A DNA stretch of 64,000 nucleotides from Acidobacteriota bacterium. GTDB taxonomy: Bacteria > Acidobacteriota > JAQAZP01. Location of the stretch: contig JAQAZP010000279.1 in the NCBI GenBank assembly GCA_032127265.1, positions 1,272 through 65,271 on the forward strand, read 5' to 3'. Below the pieces are notes generated by a model. It was not told where the DNA came from and did no database searches. It was given only the letters and a program-made list of their open reading frames with translations. A program made the position numbers and the translations under genes. Shown here piece by piece: positions 1 to 7,748 of the stretch (positions are counted from its first letter, which is position 1; every line of letters begins with the position of its first letter).

Positions 1-1
1 T

Positions 2-1426
2 GTCATCGTCGGCTGGTATGGCGCCTGGGAAGGCGACGTGTTTCATGATCGCCGGCCCACCCGCTGGGTGAACGGCGGCGCCGAGGACGTGTTCATGGGT
101 CACATCCTCGGTGAAGCAACCAACACCAACGCCGACGGTACGGTGATTGTCGGCCACGCGATGTTTGACGGTGCGTGGAACCAGACTGCCTTCAAGTACA
201 CCGACGCGGACGGCGTCACCGACCTTGGTCTGCTGGTTCCCGACGAGTACGGCACGGCTTTGAGTGTTGCCAACGACGTCTCCGAGACCGGCATCGTTGT
301 CGGCTGGAGCGGCGACGACTGGGCCTGGGATCCCGCGGGGCTCCCCATGGGCGCCGTCTGGCTGCCCGACGGTACGGGGATGAGTGCCCAGGAATACCTA
401 GAGAGCAAGGGCGTGACCGTCGAGCTGCCCCCCGGCGGCCCGTTTGGTGACTGGTGGATCCGCAGCGTGATGTCGATCTCCGACGATGGACGGATTCTCA
501 CCGGCACGGCCACAAACCCGATGCGTCAATTCATCGGCTGGTATGCCGTGATCCCGCCCCAGACCGTGAACGTCACCGTGACCGGCGAAGTGGAGTGGAA
601 CCAGGTCAATTTCGGCATCTTTGCCGACGTCAATGCCGGTGACCCGGTGACCATGACCTTCGAGGTCAGTTCGGACAACTACTTCGACAGTCCCACCTAT
701 CCCACCCGCGGCTATGCTATCGACCAGGACTCGTACGTGCTGACCGTCGGTTCGGCAACTGTGAGTCTGGCGAATCCATATCCCGACGGCCAGGTCCCCT
801 ACTTCGTGCTCCGGAACAATGACCCGGCCGCCGACGGTTTCTTCATCGCCAGCAACAACGTGGACTATCCCTACCCCGGCCTGCCGCTGAACGAGCCCGG
901 CGTCATCGGCGAACCCTTTGAGAGCCACTACGATGTGGGCTACACGGAAGAGACCCTCTCCTCGCTCGACATCCTCGACGCGGTGGGGATCTATGACTAC
1001 ACCGGTCTGACCCGTTTCTATTTCAACATCGTCGACCTGGGGATGGAGCCGATCGGTCTGCTCTTCACCCAGATGGAGATCGGTGTGGTTGGTCCCTTCG
1101 ACGTGAGCATCGACTGTCTGACCCCGGTAATGACCCTTCCCGAAATTGGCAGCTTCTCTGTGGACGTGACCAATACTTCTGACAGCATGATCGAAGTGGT
1201 GGGACAGGTTGACGTGACCCTCTGCAACGGCGTCACTTACTCAAACGTCCGTGCCGGTGAGACCATGCTCAACTTTGGGGAGACTTACAACAATAGCTGG
1301 TCCCAGCCGATCCCGGCCTATCCGACCACCTGCGGTTGCGACTTGATCTGGACCGTGGTTGCCCATGAGACCGCCACCATGGTCGAGGCCACCGACAGCT
1401 GCACGGTGACCACAACCTGTCAATAG
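2..1426 (+). CDS. HAF-family extracellular repeat protein, 5' end cut by the window edge
   Basis: The reading frame is open back to base 2 (VIVGWYGAWEGDVFHD precedes the listed M). Repeated units of the type GxxxVVGxAxxDGxxxQTAFKYTDADGVTDLG recur (IVVGWSGDDWAWDPAG, AVWLPDGTGM), matching the HAF extracellular repeat pattern as I recall it. The C-terminus is Cys-rich (CGCD...CTVTTTCQ). Confidence 0.55.
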   Translation, partial: VIVGWYGAWEGDVFHDRRPTRWVNGGAEDVFMGHILGEATNTNADGTVIVGHAMFDGAWNQTAFKYTDADGVTDLGLLVPDEYGTALSVANDVSETGIVVGWSGDDWAWDPAGLPMGAVWLPDGTGMSAQEYLESKGVTVELPPGGPFGDWWIRSVMSISDDGRILTGTATNPMRQFIGWYAVIPPQTVNVTVTGEVEWNQVNFGIFADVNAGDPVTMTFEVSSDNYFDSPTYPTRGYAIDQDSYVLTVGSATVSLANPYPDGQVPYFVLRNNDPAADGFFIASNNVDYPYPGLPLNEPGVIGEPFESHYDVGYTEETLSSLDILDAVGIYDYTGLTRFYFNIVDLGMEPIGLLFTQMEIGVVGPFDVSIDCLTPVMTLPEIGSFSVDVTNTSDSMIEVVGQVDVTLCNGVTYSNVRAGETMLNFGETYNNSWSQPIPAYPTTCGCDLIWTVVAHETATMVEATDSCTVTTTCQ

Positions 1427-1520
1427 AGTGCGGGAAAGCGCTCCCAGCCCGGGCCTGGAGGAGGACGGGCCGGGGGCGCCGAAGCCGATAACGCGATAGA
1501 TACAGGAACCATGCAATTGC

Positions 1521-1551
1521 CCGGGGGCGGAGCTCCCGGGCTTTTTTTTGG
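1521..1551 (+). terminator. Rho-independent terminator downstream of the HAF-repeat gene
   Basis: A GC stem gcccggg...cccgggc (gcccgggggcggagctcccgggc) is followed directly by a run of eight T. It is oriented for plus-strand transcripts. Confidence 0.6.
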
Positions 1552-1558
1552 CCGGCAA

Positions 1559-2815
1559 TCAGTAGTCGATCTGGATGCGCAGGGTGGCGATCAGGGTGCG
1601 GCCCGTGTCGGCGAGGCAGGCCTGGATTCCATCCAGCATCACCCGGCAGTGCTGGTTGAGGTGCCAGTTCAGGCCCAGCGTAAAGTCGCTCAGCCGGCCG
1701 CCATGCACTTCAGCGTCGTCGAGGTCCAGGGCCGAGTATCGTGCAGCCACCTGCCAGGCGCCGGGGCCGTCATCCCTGAAGACGCTGCTCTTCAGCGATG
1801 TCTGAACGAATGTACCTGTTGCCGGGTCATAGGCCCGGTGCTCGCCGGTGATGAACCAGCTGACCTGGACATATCCGCCGGTAAACACCGGGTCGCCGGC
1901 CTCGTCGCTCCGCACCGCCGAGCGGACGAGTTCCCCCTGCAGCGACAGCGGTCCCAGCACCAGGGCTGATTCGAAATTGGTGATCAGCGTGCCGTCGGCT
2001 GCGAACTGCCCGGTGTCCACAAAACGCGGCGCCTGGAAGGACTCCGGCAGTGCTGCGATCCGGCAGTAGTCCAGGTCGCGGACGCTGCCGGCCAGGCCGA
2101 GGTGCAGCAGGCGGTCGTCGGCCGGCTGCCAGGGCAGGGCGGTGAGGCGGCCCGAAACGGTGATTCCCGACCCCTTGCCGAGGTTGTAGCCGTCCACGTC
2201 GCGGTAGAGACCGGCGGACCAGGTCATCCGCTGGTTCAGCAAATCGGCCTGGTTGACGATCCCCCGGTTGCGCAGCGGCAGCAGGAAGAAGGCCAGCGAG
2301 CGCTCGGTGAACACCACGTGGTTGGTGCTGGCCTGCTGCTCGAGGCCCATGGGCTCCTTGACGCTGCCGAACCGGAGGGTCCCGGCCACCGGCAGGTCAC
2401 GGACACCGACGTAGAGGTCGCGGAAATTGCGGAAGTTTTCAGTGACCTTGACGAAGTCGTAGTCGGCCTTGAAGATCAGGCGATCGGCACAGGAGCCGGA
2501 GATGCAGAGACGGGCGCGGCGGAAATCGATGCTGTCCTCCAGCGCCAGGCCGTTGTTCACGGTGTCGCTGACCGCCTGGTCCTCATCGAACCAGCCGGCG
2601 TCTGTCAGCAGCCGGCCGCCGAAGCGCAGTTTCAGGCGGCCGCCGTCCGATTTCCAGGTGATTCCATGGTCCCAACCGGCCTTCAGGCCGCCGGCTGAAG
2701 ATGGGTCATCATCCGCTGCTCGCAGAATGGGGCTGGAGAAAAGGGGGACCGCCAGAAAAAGGGCTGCCGTCAGGATGGCCGCTGGTGTTGAGAACAGGGA
2801 ATGACGGATGATCAC
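1559..2815 (-). CDS. Outer-membrane phosphate-selective porin O/P family beta-barrel protein
   Basis: N-terminal signal peptide (MIIRHSLFSTPAAILTAALFLAVPLFSSPILRA). Alternating amphipathic beta-strand pattern and a C-terminal aromatic residue (IQIDY). The overall sequence resembles the OprO/OprP family from memory. Confidence 0.6.
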   Translation of the reverse strand: MIIRHSLFSTPAAILTAALFLAVPLFSSPILRAADDDPSSAGGLKAGWDHGITWKSDGGRLKLRFGGRLLTDAGWFDEDQAVSDTVNNGLALEDSIDFRRARLCISGSCADRLIFKADYDFVKVTENFRNFRDLYVGVRDLPVAGTLRFGSVKEPMGLEQQASTNHVVFTERSLAFFLLPLRNRGIVNQADLLNQRMTWSAGLYRDVDGYNLGKGSGITVSGRLTALPWQPADDRLLHLGLAGSVRDLDYCRIAALPESFQAPRFVDTGQFAADGTLITNFESALVLGPLSLQGELVRSAVRSDEAGDPVFTGGYVQVSWFITGEHRAYDPATGTFVQTSLKSSVFRDDGPGAWQVAARYSALDLDDAEVHGGRLSDFTLGLNWHLNQHCRVMLDGIQACLADTGRTLIATLRIQIDY

Positions 2816-2967
2816 AGTGGTGTGCCTCCACCTCGATTCACGATATGAGCCGCGACTATATCACCACTTCCCTTCCGGTTAAATAGTCAATATATCTATT
2901 AGTTATATAGCCAATATACTTCCGGAAGGGAGGGATGCGGCAGCGACGGTCATCTTCCGTACAAAAA

Positions 2968-2997
2968 AATCGGGAGCGTTTGCTCCCGGGGCAGATT
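2968..2997 (-). terminator. Rho-independent terminator for the downstream porin gene (minus strand)
   Basis: On the minus strand the sequence reads cccgggagcaaacgctcccg followed by TTTTTTT. It lies about 120 nt past the stop of the 3117-4211 gene. Confidence 0.55.
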
Positions 2998-3116
2998 CAC
3001 TGAACGTGAATCCTGTCCGCGCCAGCCACCGGCGCCTCGAATGGGGACCGGTGCGTTTCACGAACTGTGAGAAAACCGCCGGCGCCTCAATGGGCGCCGA
3101 CGGTTTTGCTATTATC

Positions 3117-4211
3117 TCAGAATTTGATCTGGAGGGTCAACTGCAGCCGGTCGTCGGCATCGCGGTCGTCCTCGAAATCCACGTGGTCCCAGTCGGCGAC
3201 CAGCGTGTTGTGGCTCCCCATGTCATAGGCCATGCCCGCGATATAGCGGGTCTGCCCATCGTTGTCGACATCTGTGTCGAAGTCGAACTCGTCGTAGCGG
3301 CCGAAGAGGCTGAACGCCTTCGATTCGAGCAGTTTGACCTCGCCGAATAACGAGTAGCCGTCCCGGGCCAGGGCGTCGCCGTTCTCGTCCACCGCCGAAC
3401 CCGTCTGGTTGCCGTCACCGGCATAGTAGGTGGCGGTGACCGCGCCGCGGCTGAACTCGTAGCTGACCATGCCGGCGTTGACCGTCCAATTCGGCTCCTC
3501 AGCGTTATTGCCGTCGCCGGTGAGGCCGAAGTAGGAGAACTGCAGCCCCTTGACCGAGTCGGGGAGGGGGCGGACAGTGAGCCGGCCCTCGATCACTTTG
3601 CCGGTGTTCTCTTCCTTGGCGTGGTAGCCGCCGCCGTTGTAGACACCGACGGCGAAGCTGCCATAGCGGCCCGGATAGTATTTCACTCCGTCGAGCTTTG
3701 AGCCGAAGAAGCCGCCGAAAGTAAAACCGAAGTCGGCGGAGTTGAAGGTCCCATTGCGCTCCACGAACATCGTGTCCTGCATCCGGTAGTGGTTGATGTG
3801 CTCCTCGAAGTCGAGCCAGGGCATGTGCACCACACCGAACTCGAGCCAGGGCTGCCATGACATGCCCTGCCACTTGAACTTGCCGTAGGCATATTTCAGA
3901 CGAACCTTGAGATCGCCTTCGCCGTCCTGGTGCACGTCGGGGGTGATCCGCCCCTGGAGGACCGTTCCGCCTTCCCAGCGGAGAACGTCCTTTTCAATGT
4001 TGATGTAGCCCCGCTTGACGGTGAACTTGCTGTAGCTCTCGCCCCCGGTATCACCATCCTGGTACGAGAGATACCACAGCCCGCCGATCTTCAGACCGTC
4101 CAGGCCCTTGACGACTTCGACCCCCTGCCCCTCGTCGGCACTTGCCGCGGCCGGCAGCCACATCGCGAGAATCATCAGGGCCATGACGGAAACAAGCATC
4201 TTCTTCAACAT
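3117..4211 (-). CDS. Outer-membrane beta-barrel porin, family uncertain
   Basis: Signal peptide MLKKMLVSVMALMILAMWLPAAASA. Rich in G/Y/D and terminates with a C-terminal F (LQIKF), typical of outer-membrane barrels. It sits in tandem with the porin O/P gene. Confidence 0.55.
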   Translation of the reverse strand: MLKKMLVSVMALMILAMWLPAAASADEGQGVEVVKGLDGLKIGGLWYLSYQDGDTGGESYSKFTVKRGYINIEKDVLRWEGGTVLQGRITPDVHQDGEGDLKVRLKYAYGKFKWQGMSWQPWLEFGVVHMPWLDFEEHINHYRMQDTMFVERNGTFNSADFGFTFGGFFGSKLDGVKYYPGRYGSFAVGVYNGGGYHAKEENTGKVIEGRLTVRPLPDSVKGLQFSYFGLTGDGNNAEEPNWTVNAGMVSYEFSRGAVTATYYAGDGNQTGSAVDENGDALARDGYSLFGEVKLLESKAFSLFGRYDEFDFDTDVDNDGQTRYIAGMAYDMGSHNTLVADWDHVDFEDDRDADDRLQLTLQIKF

Positions 4212-4394
4212 CTAACCGTTCTCCTTTTCTTTCGTGCGGGGCGCCACTGATGCCCCAGTGCCGACAATGATCAGACCGGTTCTCATGCGAGGCCGGAGGC
4301 GTCCATGCCTCAATCAATGCAGGCGGATTATGCGTTTGAAGTGTTAAGGTTTGATGAGTGAAAAGTATATGTTCAATAAACCGGATCCGCCGGA

Positions 4395-5321
4395 TCACCG
4401 TCGTTCGGGGAAGCCGATGAACAACACCTCGGTGTCCAGCCGGACGCCGAACTGTTCGAAGACCCGCCCGCGGACACGCTCCATCAGTATGTGGATGTCG
4501 GCGGCCGTGGCCGAGCCGCGGTTGAGGATGAAGTTGGCGTGCTTCACCGAAACCTCGGCGCCCCCTTCGCGCATCCCCTTGCAGCCGGCGGCCTCCACCA
4601 GCCGCCCGGCGTAGTCCCCCGGCGGTCTTTTAAAGATACTGCCCGCCGAGGGGTAGTCCAGCGGTTGGCGGGATTCGCGGCGGGCGATGATCTCCTCGCG
4701 GGTCTCCTTCAGCTTGACTGCGTCCCCCGTTTCCAGCTGCAGGTCGCAGCCGAGGAGTATCAGTTCTGCAAGGCCCGCGGCCGTGCGGTAGTCGAACCCG
4801 GCGTTGTCCCGAGGCACTTCCACCGCTTGGCCCTCCCGGGTCAGGCCGCGCACTGTCACCACCCGGTCGCCGATCTCGGTGCCGAAGGCGCCGGCGTTCA
4901 TTATCAGCGCCCCGCCCACCGTGCCGGGGATCCCGGAAAGCTGCTCCAGGCCGCCCAGGGATCTCTCCTCGCAAAAGAGCACCAGCCGTTCCAGGCTGCG
5001 GCCGGCGCCGACCCGCACCCGGTCGCCGTCGGCCTCCAGCCGGCGACAACCGGCCTCGAGGTTGATCACCAGGCCGCGAAACCCCTCGTCGGCCACCACC
5101 ACATTGGTCCCTCGGCCGAGGATCAGCGCCGGCACGCCGTGGTCGGCGGCACGCCGCAACAGCAGCTGAACAGCCCCGCTATCCGGAGGGACGCAAAACG
5201 CGTCGGCTGGTCCGCCCACCCCGAATGAGGTGTGACGGGACAGCGGCTCGTCCGCCCGTAGCAGCTCCTCACAGCCGCGAAAAATCTGTCGGATCACCGC
5301 CGGTGGCACGGATCCGGTCAT
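4395..5321 (-). CDS. murB: UDP-N-acetylenolpyruvoylglucosamine reductase
   Basis: FAD-binding PCMH-type motifs are present (SFGVGGPADAFC, GRGTNVVV, SGIPGTVGGALIMNAGAFG) together with the MurB C-terminal region (SAGSIFKRP). The length of 308 aa is typical. Confidence 0.85.
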   Translation of the reverse strand: MTGSVPPAVIRQIFRGCEELLRADEPLSRHTSFGVGGPADAFCVPPDSGAVQLLLRRAADHGVPALILGRGTNVVVADEGFRGLVINLEAGCRRLEADGDRVRVGAGRSLERLVLFCEERSLGGLEQLSGIPGTVGGALIMNAGAFGTEIGDRVVTVRGLTREGQAVEVPRDNAGFDYRTAAGLAELILLGCDLQLETGDAVKLKETREEIIARRESRQPLDYPSAGSIFKRPPGDYAGRLVEAAGCKGMREGGAEVSVKHANFILNRGSATAADIHILMERVRGRVFEQFGVRLDTEVLFIGFPERR

Positions 5322-7543
5322 TCGGCATCCTCCTCCAGCACGGGCGGCGTCCGGTGCGGTTCCAGGGTTTCCTCGAAGAAACGGGTCAGGCGCTGGAAGA
5401 TGTGCAGGTGGGCGTGCTCTTCCCGCATGGAGTGATCCTTGTCGGGGCAGATGATCAGGTCATACCGCTTCCCTGCTTTATTGAACGCCTCCACCATCTT
5501 CGCCGTGTTGCGGAAATGGACGTTGTCGTCGGCGGTGCCGTGGGCCAGCAGGAGCCGTCCCTCGAGGTTCTTCGCGTGGTTCACCGGTGCCGTGACCTTG
5601 TACCCCCGCTCGTTTTCCACGGGCAGACCCATGTATCGTTCGGTGTAAATCGTATCGTATTCCCGCCAGTCGGTAACCGGCGCCACCGCCGCCCCGGCGG
5701 CAAAGACCCCGGGGGAGCGAAGCATGGCATTGAGGGCCATGGTGCCGCCGTAGCTCCAACCGTAGATCCCGATGCGCTGCGGGTCGACGTAGGGCAGCGA
5801 TTTCAGGTAGCGCACCCCGCAGAGCTGGTCCTCCAGCTCCTGTTCACCGAGGTGGCGATCCACTGCCCGTTCCCAGGCGGCGCCGCGCCGTGCCGATCCG
5901 CGGTTGTCCAGCCAGAAGACCACGAACCCCCGCTGGGCCAGCAGCTGCAGCCAGAGGCTGGTGGTGGACCGCCAGCCGTCCCTTACCACCTGGGCGTGGG
6001 GGCCGCCGTAGGTGTAGACCACTACCGGGTATTTACGTGAGCGTGTCATCCCCGGGGGGAGGAGCAGCGCCGCGGGCAGCCGGGTCCCGTCGCCGGCAAT
6101 GACCTCGACGAAATTCGGCTGGCGCAGGCGGTAGCGCCGCAGGTCCGCTCCCGCCCCCTCGTGGATGATCCCCAGCAGGGTGCCGTCGGAGCGGTGGAGG
6201 GTGAACCGCGGCGGGCGGTGAAAGGCCGAGTGCTCGTCCACGAAGGAGCGGCCGTGTGGGCTCATGGTGATGGTGTGCCACCCCGGGGCTCGAGTGATGC
6301 GGGTCAGGCCGCTGCCGTCCAGGCCTACCCGGTAGAGATGGCGTTCCAGAGGGGTCTCTTTGCTGGCGGTGAAGTAGATCTGCCCGGTGTCTTCGTCCAG
6401 TCCGGCGATCTCGTCCACCTGCCAGGCCCCGCTGGTCAGTTGCACCGGTTGTCCGCCTCTGCCGGGGTAGCGGTACAGGTGGCGCCAGCCGTCACGCTCC
6501 GAGCTCCAGATGAATCCGCCGCCCCGGAGAAAGCGGAGATCGTCGGCCAGGTTGACCCAGCTGGGGTTTGTTTCTTCCAGCAGCGCTTCCGTCTCCCCCT
6601 CGCCAATCGCCGCCACGGTCAGCAGCTCCAGCCGGCGCTGGTCACGGCTCAGCCGCTGGAGCACCAGGCGGCTGCCATCGGGCAGCCAGCCCAGGCGGGC
6701 CAGGTAGGATTCACCGTCAGCGCCGCGGCCCGGATCGATCCACCGGGTATCGCCATCAGACACATCCACCACCCCCACCTTCACCCGGGCATTGGGCTCC
6801 CCCGGCCGCGGGTAATACTGCATGGTGACCGAGGGGTCTGCCCCGGAATAGTTCATCAGCGGCCACTGCCGGACTCCGGCCTGGTCGAAGCGGTAGAAGA
6901 CGATTCGCCGGCTGTCCGGGGACCAGGAGAAACCGGAATCGAGATCAAGCTCCTCGACATGGACCCAGTCGGCGGCACCATTGATCACCGGCCCGCCGCC
7001 GTCACTGGTCAGTTGCCGCTCCTCACCGCCGGCGAGTTCCACCACGTGCAGGTTCTGACCGCGGACAAAACCCACCCGGGACGAATCCGGCGAGAACTGC
7101 GGGTCGCTTTCCTCACCGCCGCTGGTCAAACGCTGCCATCGATCCGACCCGGAGTCGAGGAGAAACAGTCCGCTGCCGGTCTCCACCAGCAGACGCTTGC
7201 TGTCGGGGGACCAGTGGTGGGCCGTGATCCCGGTCAGCAGATCCTGGTCAGTACCGCTGATCCCGGTGGGGGGGATGGTGGCGGCCAGTTTGTCCGGCTT
7301 GCCTGAGCCGAGGTTCATGGCCAGCAGACTGGTTTCCCCCCCCGCGTCAAGGAGGAAACTGACCGTTGTGCCGTCAGGTGACCACTGGAAATCAGAGGGA
7401 TCCGTGCCGCTCACCGGTTCCCCGCCAAAGATCGCCTCCACGGTGAGCCGTTCCCAGACCTGGGCCTGTCCGTCGGCCGTCAGGCCGGCGGGCAGCAGCA
7501 GGGCGATGATCAGGGGGAGCAGACTGGTCCAGCGGGTTCTCAT
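5318..7543 (-). CDS. S9 family serine peptidase (dipeptidyl-peptidase IV-like beta-propeller plus alpha/beta hydrolase domain), secreted
   Basis: Signal peptide MRTRWTSLLPLIIALLLPAGLTA, preceded on the minus strand by a strong RBS (GGAAGGAG). The catalytic GWSYGG nucleophile motif and C-terminal D...H residues are present (LAHGTADDNVHF). The N-terminal repeats resemble the DPP-IV propeller. The stop codon overlaps the murB start by 4 bp. Confidence 0.8.
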   Translation of the reverse strand: MRTRWTSLLPLIIALLLPAGLTADGQAQVWERLTVEAIFGGEPVSGTDPSDFQWSPDGTTVSFLLDAGGETSLLAMNLGSGKPDKLAATIPPTGISGTDQDLLTGITAHHWSPDSKRLLVETGSGLFLLDSGSDRWQRLTSGGEESDPQFSPDSSRVGFVRGQNLHVVELAGGEERQLTSDGGGPVINGAADWVHVEELDLDSGFSWSPDSRRIVFYRFDQAGVRQWPLMNYSGADPSVTMQYYPRPGEPNARVKVGVVDVSDGDTRWIDPGRGADGESYLARLGWLPDGSRLVLQRLSRDQRRLELLTVAAIGEGETEALLEETNPSWVNLADDLRFLRGGGFIWSSERDGWRHLYRYPGRGGQPVQLTSGAWQVDEIAGLDEDTGQIYFTASKETPLERHLYRVGLDGSGLTRITRAPGWHTITMSPHGRSFVDEHSAFHRPPRFTLHRSDGTLLGIIHEGAGADLRRYRLRQPNFVEVIAGDGTRLPAALLLPPGMTRSRKYPVVVYTYGGPHAQVVRDGWRSTTSLWLQLLAQRGFVVFWLDNRGSARRGAAWERAVDRHLGEQELEDQLCGVRYLKSLPYVDPQRIGIYGWSYGGTMALNAMLRSPGVFAAGAAVAPVTDWREYDTIYTERYMGLPVENERGYKVTAPVNHAKNLEGRLLLAHGTADDNVHFRNTAKMVEAFNKAGKRYDLIICPDKDHSMREEHAHLHIFQRLTRFFEETLEPHRTPPVLEEDAE

Positions 7544-7748
7544 GGGGCAAGGCTCCTTCCAAAGACCGTGGGGACGGCCACTGACAGTGGCAATCAAAGG
7601 CTACGATACTTTTTCGACTTCCCCTGGTCAACGAGCGCCGGCCGGCGGAGACCCGGTTGACAGTCCGCGGCGGCGGCGAATACCCTTTACTTTCGCCGAA
7701 CGGCGGTTCGGAAACACCTGTGCTCACGAAAATACCGGAGTTACTGAC

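Noticed and set aside
7197-7748. 184-codon in-frame upstream extension of the sulfatase ORF
   Set aside because: It would run through the divergent promoter region and the peptidase start. The ATG at 7749 gives a clean lipoprotein signal peptide, so the extension is non-coding.
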